A program made the position numbers and the translations under genes. A model generated the notes under the pieces. That model saw only the letters and a list, made by a program, of their open reading frames with translations. It did not search any database and was not told the DNA's origin. From a virus, in IMG/VR virus record IMGVR_UViG_3300043185_000099, positions 1 to 64,000 of that record: DNA of 64,000 bases; one strand, written 5' to 3'. This document shows, in pieces, positions 25,239 to 35,065 of the stretch (its first letter is position 1; the number at the start of each line of letters is the position of its first letter).

Positions 25239-26315
25239 TCATTCCAGCAGCTCGGCTCGCCAGCCTACCACTCGGTCGGCCACCGTGTTGATCGGTGATA
25301 CGCGGAGGGCCATCGGCGTGAGCTTGCTCGCTCTGTCAGCCAGCCCTCGACCGAGCTTCGTGGCGAGCGACCGCGCCGCGACGACGATGAAGTTGAAGTT
25401 CGGGTTCCGCTCGGTTCGGCCTCCGTCGATGGACACGGTCCACTCGGCAGTAACGAGAGATCGCGTCCCTCGCCGATCGTCGATTTGTGTGCCCGTGTAT
25501 CCGGCCTCGTGGAGCGAGGAGAGGACCATGTCCGCGATGACCGGCGCCGAGGAGCGACGGCCCTGCGTACTCGTGAGCGTCATGTGGGCCAGACCCTGAC
25601 GCTCGTCGAACGTCATCGCGGCCAGCTCGGCCCCTGTCGGAGGAGCCACATCACGCAGGGCGACGGGTCTGCCTGGTTCGTAGCCCTCCACTCCGACACC
25701 CCGCGCGAATTCCTGGCGCACGAGACCATGGTCGGGGGTCGGTCCTCCGACGGCTTCCAACATCTTCGCAACACTCTCGTCGTGCGCTGCCTGTGCCCTA
25801 CGCAGGTGATCCGTAATATCTTGGCTCGCTCGCTTGAGCATGGCTCCGATCACCACTGGATCACGCGCCGTTGTGTGTACGGGGACCGCCGCGTGACCCC
25901 CCTCGGGCAGTGGGCCAGTCCTGAGTTCGGGAACATCCCCGTCGAACTGGAGAAGCTCGACGATCATCCCCATGAACAGGGGATGGAGCATCTTGTAGCC
26001 CGGACGATCCTCGAAAGGTTGGAAGACGAGATCCTCCTCCGTGAACCCCCAACGACTCAGAGCTGTCTCGCGTTCTGGGAAGTGTGCGAGGTCGGTGGAT
26101 TGGGCCTCGACTTCAAACGCCGTGAGCAGCGCCCTCTCCACACGAGAACGCAAGTCGTCGTTCGTCGAGCCAAGCGTCCACACACGGCGAACCGCCTCCT
26201 CCTGGCGGATCAAGCCTTGTCTGGCGTCCTGCAGGATCTGAGCGATTTCTGGACAAGCAACGAGAATCTCCTTGTCGAAGGCCGCGACCGCTTCGAGAAA
26301 CTTGTCTGCGCTCAT
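25239..26315 (-). CDS. hypothetical protein
   Basis: 358-aa ORF with ATGA overlap. Confidence 0.75.
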   Translation of the reverse strand: MSADKFLEAVAAFDKEILVACPEIAQILQDARQGLIRQEEAVRRVWTLGSTNDDLRSRVERALLTAFEVEAQSTDLAHFPERETALSRWGFTEEDLVFQPFEDRPGYKMLHPLFMGMIVELLQFDGDVPELRTGPLPEGGHAAVPVHTTARDPVVIGAMLKRASQDITDHLRRAQAAHDESVAKMLEAVGGPTPDHGLVRQEFARGVGVEGYEPGRPVALRDVAPPTGAELAAMTFDERQGLAHMTLTSTQGRRSSAPVIADMVLSSLHEAGYTGTQIDDRRGTRSLVTAEWTVSIDGGRTERNPNFNFIVVAARSLATKLGRGLADRASKLTPMALRVSPINTVADRVVGWRAELLE

Positions 26316-26967
26316 TTCTCCCCCCGAATCTGGGGGAAGAAGCGAGACGCCGTGCCGACATCGCCGTAGCCCGGGTCGCCGCGGACCTCATCTGGCGAGA
26401 GATCCATTCCCAAACCTTTCCCGCCTCCGTAGACGCGTTGACCCCCGGAGATGTTGGCAATGCGGCCCCCCGCCGAACGGCTGACACCGCTCGCTCGATC
26501 GAGCGCGAGGACGGGACAGCCCGGCTGGCACTCCCATCGCGTCACGACTTCGCCGTCCATGTGGTGCTCCTGGAGCCCGGTCTGACCGGCATGTCCTGTC
26601 GGCCCCGCAACGTCGGAACCGGAGGGTCGCGAGGACGGGTAGTGCCCGTTCGCTCGGACCGATGCCGGGCCGACGGGCACGCAGGATGGATGGTGCTGGA
26701 GCACGACGTTGGGCGGCCATCTTCCGGACTTCGGCTTCCACCGCACCGGATCTCCAGCACGTCCTCCCTGGTCCTGCCCCAGCCGGGGCCCTCCCGCTCG
26801 TAGCTCTGGGGATAGTCCTTTCGTCGAACCGCGTTCACGCTGCCGAGGATGTCCCCTCCGCCAACCCGGGAGCCGTCTATGTCGATCGCGCCCGTCCCCC
26901 ATCGGAGGACGTTCTCCGCAACAGAGGCTCCGGCCAGCGGCTTGCGAGTGATAGTCACGATTCTCAT
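26312..26967 (-). CDS. free-standing DNA-methyltransferase middle module, frameshifted near 26770
   Basis: MRIVTITRKP...WGTGAIDIDGSRV in one frame and GRWPPNVVLQH...CPV..LD...ASRFF in the -1 frame. Confidence 0.7.
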
Positions 26968-27914
26968 GGCTTCCGTCTCCGGAGAGTTACGGTTCCTCCG
27001 GGCTCCACGACGATGTCTTTGCGCGGTGCCCAGGGATCGATGGCTTCCCGTACCGGGAGACGCGCTCGAGCAGTCGCCGGAGGTAGAGGCTCTCCGCCTA
27101 CCATGACGCCCTCCGGCGGCATCGGTGTGTTGAAGGGCTGAGAATGAGGCTGCTGCTCAACAGATGGCGGGGGAGCAATAGACGCTGCTGTCTCTCTCTG
27201 CTTGGTTTCCTCTTCCGCTATCATGCGGAGCTGGTCCTCGTACCAGGAACGCACGGTCTCCAAGTGCTTGCAGCGGTGTATGTGACGGAACCCCTGGCAC
27301 TCGCAAGACCACTCGCCGCTCTTCGTCAACGCAACCCTATAGGACTTGTTCGGCTCGGAGGAAGACGGGTACTGCGTTTCGTACTCGACTTCCGTCACCT
27401 CGCGGAAATGAGTCGGTGTGCTCTCGGACCGCGGTCGCGGCAGATCCGGCTCGGGGCGCCCCTTAGCCCGTGCGAGTTCCTTCACTGCCTCGTCGACGGC
27501 GGTCGTCGCGTCTGGCGCGGCAACCGTTGCCACTCCATCCGAAGGCACATCGGGGATCTCCCAGTCTTGCCTTCGTGCAGCGATCTCCAGACGTTCTGCT
27601 TTGGCGTTCATCTGCTCAAACGCCATTTGGGTGATCGCCTGGTGTTCCGGGCTCGACAGATCTGAGAACTGCGGGTCGTTGAGAAGGTAATCCACCTGCT
27701 CTCGCATCCTCGTGAGCCAGGGGCTGATGGCTCCTTTCGCTCGAATGCAGTCGACGTTACGACAGACTCGACAGAACGCCTTCATGAACGCGTTCGCATC
27801 GGGGTGGAACCACGGCTGTCCGGGTTCGTTGCAGCCGCCGAACAGATCGCGCTGTTCTCTCGGCCGCACACCGACGAGGCGTTCCTCGCCAAGAGAGCGC
27901 TTCGGGTTCGCCAT
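26964..27914 (-). CDS. SWIM zinc-finger protein
   Basis: YRVAL...WSCECQGFRHIHRCKH; N-terminal CRVCRNVDC. Confidence 0.75.
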   Translation of the reverse strand: MANPKRSLGEERLVGVRPREQRDLFGGCNEPGQPWFHPDANAFMKAFCRVCRNVDCIRAKGAISPWLTRMREQVDYLLNDPQFSDLSSPEHQAITQMAFEQMNAKAERLEIAARRQDWEIPDVPSDGVATVAAPDATTAVDEAVKELARAKGRPEPDLPRPRSESTPTHFREVTEVEYETQYPSSSEPNKSYRVALTKSGEWSCECQGFRHIHRCKHLETVRSWYEDQLRMIAEEETKQRETAASIAPPPSVEQQPHSQPFNTPMPPEGVMVGGEPLPPATARARLPVREAIDPWAPRKDIVVEPGGTVTLRRRKP

Positions 27915-28519
27915 CAGTCGTCTGCCAGGGCGTCGATGATATCGTCCTCGACAGCCGCGTCGTCTTTCTCGGGCGGTTCGGTCGATTCCGGTGTGTCTCC
28001 CGCGGCAGCGATCTGGTCTGCGATGCTGGGTGGGCGCGACCCCGCGCTGGGAGCGGGTACGTGCGGCCGCTCGACGTCGCCCAACACAACACGCTCAAGG
28101 TCAGCAGAGACGGGTTCGGGCGCTCGTCCTCGAGGTTCCGGGATCTCGGCAGGATCCTCGATGACCTCGGTGTCTTCCGACGTCAGCGTCTTGTTCCGCG
28201 CCATGTCTTCCCAGTGGATTTGGTCCTTGACGGTCAGCCAGGGTTCCGTCTCGATCACATGCGGACGTCCGGGCCTCGGGTTCTGCTTGAGCGCGAGTGG
28301 ACAGTCCAAGCACTTCGGACCCATGACCATGATCCCGCAATGCTCGCGCCACGTGGTGAGAAGTTGGTAGAGGTTCTGATCGATCGTCCCCTGGCGCCAC
28401 ATTGTGTCGATGTCGTCGGGGGTGTGTCCATACATCTGCGGCGGAGGAAACTGGCGTGCGTGCGTGCACTCGAGGGTGAGCTTGCGCCCTCTGTACTCGA
28501 CATCTATGGATTTGAGCAT
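27914..28519 (-). CDS. hypothetical protein with acidic tail
   Basis: MLKSIDVEY...KCLDCPL...DDIIDALADD. Confidence 0.65.
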   Translation of the reverse strand: MLKSIDVEYRGRKLTLECTHARQFPPPQMYGHTPDDIDTMWRQGTIDQNLYQLLTTWREHCGIMVMGPKCLDCPLALKQNPRPGRPHVIETEPWLTVKDQIHWEDMARNKTLTSEDTEVIEDPAEIPEPRGRAPEPVSADLERVVLGDVERPHVPAPSAGSRPPSIADQIAAAGDTPESTEPPEKDDAAVEDDIIDALADD

Positions 28520-28533
28520 TTGGTGGCCTTTCG

Positions 28534-31500
28534 TTAGAGCCCGTGGATTCTCGCGAGGGTATCGAAGACCAGGGGATTCACCCGAATCTCCTCGTCGGCG
28601 TACTTGATGGGTTCGCCCATTGGTCCGTAGACGCGCAGTGGATGGACGCCGCTCCACCGGCACTCTACGATGATCTCCGCGAGCCGCTGCGCGACTCGAC
28701 ACGACAGGCGTCTCAGGTGCAGCTCATGAGGCGCGCCGGGCGGCAGGGTTGGACCCTGGGGGGTGGCCGGGGCGGGGTCTGGCGTGGGAGCCGTTTCCTG
28801 CGTCCCGGGGGGCCTCGCCACAGGCTCGGGGGTAGGCGGGGGCGTGGTCGTCTCGGCGGGCGTCCGTGCCTCCTGGACGCCTCCCAGGGCTTCCTCCGGG
28901 GGCGCAAAAGGCGCCTGTTCCTCAGAAGGTTTGGGGGGAGCCTCGGTCTGAAGCTTGGGGGCATCCGCAGTGCCGTAGGCCGCCGCGAAGAGGCGGACGA
29001 GATTCTCCGGCCAGCGCTTGGTTGTGGGTTGTCCCTTGGAGTCAACCTCGACGCCATCCGAACGAACTCGACCTGCTTTGAAGACATTCACGTTCCAAGG
29101 GACGGTCCAGTCGTAGCCAATCTCGCAGTCGGTCGTGAGGGGGACGGGCCACTTCCTGTTGAGGATGGTCTTGTTCCGTGCCATCAAATCGCGGAATGTC
29201 TCGATCGCTTCCACGAGAATATCCTCGTCAATCTCAAAGACCAGCTCGTCGTGGATCGTGATCGTCAGGTAAACCTTCTCGAACCACCCTCGCTTCTTGC
29301 ACTCGCGGTAGATCATCCCCATGGCGAGCTTCGTGATGTCGGCCGACAAGCCCTGGATCGGTCCGTTCGTCGCGTTCCGTTCGGCCTTCGCTTTCCACTT
29401 CCTGTTCAAGGCGACTCGCTCTCGCACGACATGGTCGTCTGGAGGGTCCGCGCGTTCTCCCGCTTCAATCTTCTGTCGGTACTCCTCGGTGAGCACGCGG
29501 TGCACCTCGTGCTGTGTCACTGGAAGCTGGATGTCGGGCAGTGGATACCGTCTCCCGAAATCCGTCTCGACGAAGCCATACTTGACCCCGTACTTCTTGA
29601 TGTAATCCCACCACGATCGCAGGGTGGAGTACGTCTGGTTGAATGCACGATGGTGGCGAGCTGCCTCGTCGTTGCTGCACCCGATCGAACGCTCGATCGC
29701 CTGCGGACCACCTCCGTACGCCAAGGCGAAGTTCGACGACTTCGCGTCGTTTCTCTGCTGCTTCCACTGTTTGCCGCCGACGGCGTCCTCACCGAAGAAC
29801 GTGATCGCGGTCAAGGTGTGAAGGTCGCCGATACGGTCGTCGCCGCATTTTGGACAGAACGGGGGTGGCGGTTCGGGAGTAGTCGTGCCGTCCCCTTGAT
29901 CGAAGTCTTGGCCGCACGAGCTGCAGCGGAAGTACTCCCGCATCCACTTGGGTTCACGGGAGAGGATTGTTGCGATGCGTAACTCGACGCCAGCGTAGTC
30001 GATCGAGACCATCACCTTGCCAGGCCGCGCCGTGATGACCTCGCGGACCCTCAGGAGACATTGCGGGCGGCTCTTGTCGTAGGTCGCCGGGGTGCCGTGC
30101 ATCGGGTACTTGGTGCCCCCGTCCTGCGACGGATCCTCGGAGCCAGGTGTGGTGAACCTCCCCGTGTCGGTCCCTTGCTGCTTGTACCTGACCTTGATGG
30201 TCGAGTCCGGGCCTCGGTCGGCATGTAGCGACACGAGATACGTGCCCAGCGCCTTCTGGAGTTCTCCCAGCCGCTTGAACTTGGGCAGGAAGGGATATTT
30301 CTTGCCGTGGTCCGACTCCAGCCTGTCGATGACCTCCTGCGTCGTCTGGATCTGCTCGGACTTTCCCGTGCGCCTCAACCCGGGAATCTGGAGTTCGCAG
30401 AACAGGGGCCCGAGCTGCGGACGCGAGAGCACGTCGTAGCGCTCGGGGAAATCCTTGAAGACCTCCTTTTTCCCATCGATCTTCAGCTCGACGTGCTTCT
30501 CGATGGGATAGAAGTGTCCCTTGCGATCGAGGCGGTCGGCCATCTCCGCCTCCTCGGGATTCATGGAGTTCGTAGACAGCCCCCTGGCGCGGGCCTTGCA
30601 GTCGTCCATCTGGCGGGCGAGGCTGTACGACGGATCGTCCGCAACGAACGTCTTGCGGAGAAGGCGAAACCACGCCGGCTCCACGTTTCGTCCTAACGAG
30701 GCATTACAGGCGTCATAAATCTCGCGGAGGCAATCGAACAGCTCCGTCTGGCCCAGCTGGATCAGCTCGGCTACCTTCCGCTCATCAATGTGAACGCGGC
30801 AGCGCTCCATCCACCGCACTGCCGGTGTGCACATCTTCTCGATCTGGTAGACGGCACGCTGCCCCTTGGACCCTGGAATCTCTTTCTCCAACACCTCGGC
30901 TTTCAGTTTCTGGAACAGTCTCCAGGTGCAAATAACGTCGCTCGTCGCGTACCAGAGGGCCGGCTCCCATGTAATGTCTAGCGTGGAGAAGTCATACGTC
31001 TTTGCTTCGGGCGGGAACAGCTCGTGCAACTCGATCATGTTCATGCCGAGTATTTCGCGGGACATGCTCTTGAGGCTCAGCTCGCGTGACCGGGCGTCTC
31101 GTAGGTAGGCGAGGTGATATGTGTCCTCCCACTTCGTAGGATCGTCCCAGGTACCGAGTGGCGTCCCGACGCCGTACTGCAGGAACTCGTGATCGAAGGA
31201 CCCGTTGTGGAAGATGGCGACAGCAGGCGATTCGACGAGTCGCATCATCGCCCGCTCAAACTTGTTGTGCGGGATGCAGATCTCCTCGTTCGGGAGATGA
31301 AGGAGAGGGATGTAGTAGCCCACTTGACCATCGGGACTAACCCCGACGCCCGCGATTCGGGAAGCCGTTCGGCCGTTGAACACTCGAGAATCCTTGCCCG
31401 ACGTCTCAAGGTCCATCGCGTATAGCCCCGAAGCGACGCACTCGTCGATCACACGGTCAAGCGTGTCTTCGGTGACCAGCTCCATGCGTACCGAGGAGAA

Positions 31501-31560
31501 CCACTCCTTGGGCTGGATGTCAGGACGGGTGGCCTGTTCAAGCTCTGCCAGAAAGTTCAT
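28534..31560 (-). CDS. polA: family A DNA polymerase (3'-5' exonuclease + polymerase)
   Basis: Exonuclease motifs DLET and HNGSFD; TGRF; motif A DYAGVELR, motif B RNDAKSSNFALAYG, motif C IHDEL. Confidence 0.95.
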   Translation of the reverse strand: MNFLAELEQATRPDIQPKEWFSSVRMELVTEDTLDRVIDECVASGLYAMDLETSGKDSRVFNGRTASRIAGVGVSPDGQVGYYIPLLHLPNEEICIPHNKFERAMMRLVESPAVAIFHNGSFDHEFLQYGVGTPLGTWDDPTKWEDTYHLAYLRDARSRELSLKSMSREILGMNMIELHELFPPEAKTYDFSTLDITWEPALWYATSDVICTWRLFQKLKAEVLEKEIPGSKGQRAVYQIEKMCTPAVRWMERCRVHIDERKVAELIQLGQTELFDCLREIYDACNASLGRNVEPAWFRLLRKTFVADDPSYSLARQMDDCKARARGLSTNSMNPEEAEMADRLDRKGHFYPIEKHVELKIDGKKEVFKDFPERYDVLSRPQLGPLFCELQIPGLRRTGKSEQIQTTQEVIDRLESDHGKKYPFLPKFKRLGELQKALGTYLVSLHADRGPDSTIKVRYKQQGTDTGRFTTPGSEDPSQDGGTKYPMHGTPATYDKSRPQCLLRVREVITARPGKVMVSIDYAGVELRIATILSREPKWMREYFRCSSCGQDFDQGDGTTTPEPPPPFCPKCGDDRIGDLHTLTAITFFGEDAVGGKQWKQQRNDAKSSNFALAYGGGPQAIERSIGCSNDEAARHHRAFNQTYSTLRSWWDYIKKYGVKYGFVETDFGRRYPLPDIQLPVTQHEVHRVLTEEYRQKIEAGERADPPDDHVVRERVALNRKWKAKAERNATNGPIQGLSADITKLAMGMIYRECKKRGWFEKVYLTITIHDELVFEIDEDILVEAIETFRDLMARNKTILNRKWPVPLTTDCEIGYDWTVPWNVNVFKAGRVRSDGVEVDSKGQPTTKRWPENLVRLFAAAYGTADAPKLQTEAPPKPSEEQAPFAPPEEALGGVQEARTPAETTTPPPTPEPVARPPGTQETAPTPDPAPATPQGPTLPPGAPHELHLRRLSCRVAQRLAEIIVECRWSGVHPLRVYGPMGEPIKYADEEIRVNPLVFDTLARIHGL

Positions 31561-31578
31561 TGGCGCAAATCTTCTACC

Positions 31579-32034
31579 CTACGTCACGACGAACTCGTCC
31601 CCGACGACGACGAACACGTAACGACCCTCTGCCCATGCGTGAGCGACGGCATTTGCGGCGACTCGCAGGGCATCGCGACGAGCAGGCGCTACATAACACT
31701 CCGGCATCTCACCCGATCCTGGATGACACGTCGGCTTGGCTGCGGCACACATTCTTTTTTGGCGCTCGAGACACATGGTTTCGCCAAGCGGGATCCTCCG
31801 AGCGCGCGCGAACGGAGGATTTCCGAGCTGCAAGCGCAGTGGTTTCGGGTGCCCGTGAAGGGCGTGGGACCACACTTCGCCCGTGACCTCGGGGATCTGG
31901 TCCCCCCACGAGGTACCACGCAGGGGAGTCAAGACTCCCCACGGCTCGCCGGGCAGCGGCGCAGGGTACATGACCAGGAGTCTCGTCGCCCTGTCTGGAT
32001 CGGCTATCGAGGCGTAGCGCAGACCATCGATCAC
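31579..32034 (-). CDS. hypothetical protein
   Basis: 151 aa with GTGA overlap. Confidence 0.65.
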   Translation of the reverse strand: MIDGLRYASIADPDRATRLLVMYPAPLPGEPWGVLTPLRGTSWGDQIPEVTGEVWSHALHGHPKPLRLQLGNPPFARARRIPLGETMCLERQKRMCAAAKPTCHPGSGEMPECYVAPARRDALRVAANAVAHAWAEGRYVFVVVGDEFVVT

Positions 32035-33053
32035 GGTTTCCTCCCGACGACCACAGGCTCCCAGGCTGGCTTAAGCGCGGTCCCGTACCCCTGCCACGTC
32101 TTCGCGAGATCGGAGGAGGGCGCGGTGATGCGACGTGTGCCGTTCCATCGCTCGCCCGTCTTCTGGTAGCCCCAGTCTCCATCCTCAGTAGCAACGAGAT
32201 CGGCCTTCCCTCCGTCCGCGCGGGACCGCATCGCGCGCGACGGGATAGCCGAGGCAATGTAGTCGTCGTGGACGGAGTCGAGGTGCAGCACCTCCTTGAG
32301 ACGGACCCATTCCTCGGGCGTCGGCAGATAGATCTCCTCAGCTCTCTTTCCTCCCCGGCCCTCCACCCACGAGTAACGAGTCGTCCCGCCGAACACCAGG
32401 CGATCCACCTCGACCCTGGACAGCCCGAGAGCCTCTCTCCGCTCGCGGAGGTACGCCTGGATCTCGCGTTCCCTCGCACGGTCTGTTCCTCGCAGCTTGT
32501 CGACAGCCTTTGCCACGTTCGTCGACTTGGGAAATCCCGTCGAGTACGTCCAGGCTCGGATATCCACGTCAACAAACCCCACGCCTCGCATCGCTTTCAC
32601 GAGCCGATGATAGGTTCTGGTCCCCCCGAACGCTCGAAGCATGCCGTCCGGCTTCAGCAGACGGTAGCACTCCGCCAGCCATCGTCTGTGCCACTTATCC
32701 ATCTCCCGGAGGTGGTTGTTCTTGATTTCGTCGGGATCAACGGCCCGACCCCGGACGTGCCACCGCGGGTTCTCGCAAATGCATTTCCGTCGGCCGCGGC
32801 GACGCCCCCCACAGACGGAACACGACGGATTCGCCCCTCCGAATCCAGAGGCCATCCCAAAAGACACCCACTCGGTCTTGCGGGCCCCGATACCAGGCCG
32901 ACTCATCCCGGCCCCGGTCACCCACAACGTGTCCCACTCCGCGCCCATGAATTCTAAGCCGTAGGGGGGATCGCACACGACGGCGTCGATGGACTCGGGA
33001 GCAAATTGTCCGAGCCGCTCGACACAGTCTCCGTGCCACAATTCGATCTTCAC
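32031..33053 (-). CDS. DNA methyltransferase catalytic (DPPY) half only, with zinc-ribbon and HTH insertions
   Basis: GDC, CDPPYGLEFMG, GFPKS; ends GYGTALKPAWEPVVVGRKP. No FxGxG motif. Confidence 0.85.
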   Translation of the reverse strand: MKIELWHGDCVERLGQFAPESIDAVVCDPPYGLEFMGAEWDTLWVTGAGMSRPGIGARKTEWVSFGMASGFGGANPSCSVCGGRRRGRRKCICENPRWHVRGRAVDPDEIKNNHLREMDKWHRRWLAECYRLLKPDGMLRAFGGTRTYHRLVKAMRGVGFVDVDIRAWTYSTGFPKSTNVAKAVDKLRGTDRAREREIQAYLRERREALGLSRVEVDRLVFGGTTRYSWVEGRGGKRAEEIYLPTPEEWVRLKEVLHLDSVHDDYIASAIPSRAMRSRADGGKADLVATEDGDWGYQKTGERWNGTRRITAPSSDLAKTWQGYGTALKPAWEPVVVGRKP

Positions 33054-33661
33054 GACATTCCTTTCACGTCAAGGACCTTTTCGCGGAGACGGACGAGCGC
33101 TTGGACCCCCTTCAGCTCGCCCCACGACTCCTTGCTCACGCCGTAGTCCACGCGATCAAATGTCTCCCAGAATGCGAGGATCGTACGCGCGTCCGGCTCC
33201 CGATCATGGGTGAGCCCCCTGAGCAGTCGATCGGTCCGGCGACGTTCGTCCTCGTAGGAGACCGACCGCGCGACATCAATCTCATCGTGGACATCCGCTG
33301 GACGATCCTCGGCATCGACCCATGGAAGCGCCCCAAGCCCGAGGCGCTGTTCGAGGTGCTCGACTGCCTCCCGGAAACCGACGCCCTCCTTCTCCATGAC
33401 ATAGGCAATCGGATCCCGGCTCTTGCGGCAGACCCAGCACCATGTCGAGTTCGTCGAAGGGTAGTAGCGCGCAGATGGTTTCCGGTCGACGCCGTGGAGA
33501 TCGCACGAGAACTGCTGCTCACGGTGCGGGTCAGAGACGACAGCGTACCCGTACGAGCGAAGCAGGTCGCCAAGGTTGCACGTATGGTTGACTCGATCTG
33601 CACGCGCCCTCAGTCGCTTGATGGCCTTGAGCCGCGCTGCCTCGTCGTCCACCGTACTCAC
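33050..33661 (-). CDS. primase-type CHC2 zinc-finger protein
   Basis: FSCDLH..DRKPS...WCWVC...D.I.YVMEKEG..F.EAV..L. Confidence 0.8.
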   Translation of the reverse strand: MSTVDDEAARLKAIKRLRARADRVNHTCNLGDLLRSYGYAVVSDPHREQQFSCDLHGVDRKPSARYYPSTNSTWCWVCRKSRDPIAYVMEKEGVGFREAVEHLEQRLGLGALPWVDAEDRPADVHDEIDVARSVSYEDERRRTDRLLRGLTHDREPDARTILAFWETFDRVDYGVSKESWGELKGVQALVRLREKVLDVKGMS

Positions 33662-34308
33662 CGGTCGAACGCCTTTCGCAACCGCAGATTCAGAATCAGC
33701 CGAGTCTCCTCGCGGTGCCAACCCGGATACGTCACCGGAGATACCGACGACGATCTACGGCAGGTGATCGGGCAGATGCTGCGCTCCATGAGGAGCGAGG
33801 CTCCCGCATCCGTGAGGCTTAGCACGCGATCGCCATCTCTGTCGCGCGCGTTCCACACGCCATCGTCATCGCGCTCAATGCTGCGGATGAGAGACCGAGG
33901 GGCCTCGACGTCTAGGAGCGCAGGATCGCAGAACACCGCCCACGAGTACCACGTGTATCCGTGGAGTTGGTCTTCCCTTCCTCCCGGAATCGCGAAGCGT
34001 ACCTGTCGCTTGAGCGAGGCGCGTGCGGTGCCCCCCAGGTCGTCGTCGATTCTCTCGAGGAGACGCATCAGGTACCTCGCTCGAGCCTGATCGTGCGTGG
34101 TGACGAGGAACGGAAACTTGTGGTTGTGTCCGCTGTGAGCTTGGTGGAAGTCCAGGCACAGCTCGGACATCAGCTGTACGTCCGGGTCACGTAGCCGTCG
34201 CGAGTCATCGGCGTCGGCGAGGCGGTCTTTGAACACGAGTGACGTGACGTGCAGGGCGAGACCCCCGCGCGCGCGGAAGCCACGGGTCCCCGTGTCTGAA
34301 CCGGACAT
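33658..34308 (-). CDS. hypothetical protein
   Basis: 216-aa ORF in operon. Confidence 0.6.
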   Translation of the reverse strand: MSGSDTGTRGFRARGGLALHVTSLVFKDRLADADDSRRLRDPDVQLMSELCLDFHQAHSGHNHKFPFLVTTHDQARARYLMRLLERIDDDLGGTARASLKRQVRFAIPGGREDQLHGYTWYSWAVFCDPALLDVEAPRSLIRSIERDDDGVWNARDRDGDRVLSLTDAGASLLMERSICPITCRRSSSVSPVTYPGWHREETRLILNLRLRKAFDR

Positions 34309-34340
34309 CCGACGTTGTACGCCTCAGGATAGACGGAGTC

Positions 34341-34802
34341 TCACCCGAGGATCCGGAGACGCACGCGGTCCGGGCCGACACCGCGTTCGGCGGCAATCTC
34401 TGCCCCGCGCTCCACGAACTCCTGCGGTCCCTCGATGCTCACGGTGCCGTCATGGTGCTTGACGTAGAGCCCTTGGCCGCTCCGTCGCAGATCGCGCATG
34501 AGGTGTGCTCCCTTGTCCTTCTGGAGAGCCCGGGGGGCAAGCTCCCTCACGACCACGGTCTCGCCGAGGTTCGTGTGCTGGACATCCAGCAGGACATCGC
34601 TGCGATCGGGACGATGGCGATCCACACCGAATCCGAGGAGCCATAGACAGGAGAATCCCCTGCACGCGGTCGGCCGCCCCTCGTAGATCGAGCACCCCTC
34701 GCGCGAGGCGTGTCGGCACCGTTCGCCAGCCGGCTTGTCGATCTCCTCCACACGCAGCACCGTGCAGCACACGGTGCAGCGTCCGCACGTCCTGGTGCTC
34801 AT
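34341..34802 (-). CDS. YkgJ-family Cys-cluster protein
   Basis: CGRCTVCC...C..CSIYEGRPTACRGFSCLW. Confidence 0.8.
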   Translation of the reverse strand: MSTRTCGRCTVCCTVLRVEEIDKPAGERCRHASREGCSIYEGRPTACRGFSCLWLLGFGVDRHRPDRSDVLLDVQHTNLGETVVVRELAPRALQKDKGAHLMRDLRRSGQGLYVKHHDGTVSIEGPQEFVERGAEIAAERGVGPDRVRLRILG

Positions 34803-35065
34803 GACTCGGGCTCCAGGACGGCCACGATCCACTCCTGCCGAACGATGACCTCGACGCCGTCTTCCTGGCGCACGGAGAACTCCACGACCGTCGGGTGCGT
34901 CGGGTGATCGCCCCGCACGCGGATGACCACGCCCTCGACGACCCTCCTCGTCGCGGCCACCTTCATCTGCGCACCGGCCAGTGAGGCGCGAGGGATCGGC
35001 TCGAACCACTCGGCCCTGACACGCGTCCCCTTGGTCACGTAGACCTCGGTGCGATTCTCCGTCAC
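34799..35065 (-). CDS. hypothetical protein
   Basis: 88 aa, overlapping both neighbours by 4 nt. Confidence 0.6.
   Translation of the reverse strand: MTENRTEVYVTKGTRVRAEWFEPIPRASLAGAQMKVAATRRVVEGVVIRVRGDHPTHPTVVEFSVRQEDGVEVIVRQEWIVAVLEPES

Noticed and set aside
26964-27010. SWIM protein ending EPGGTVTLRRRKP just before a middle module, resembling the N-module ends
   Set aside because: The similarity is short and there are no other MTase motifs; likely coincidence.
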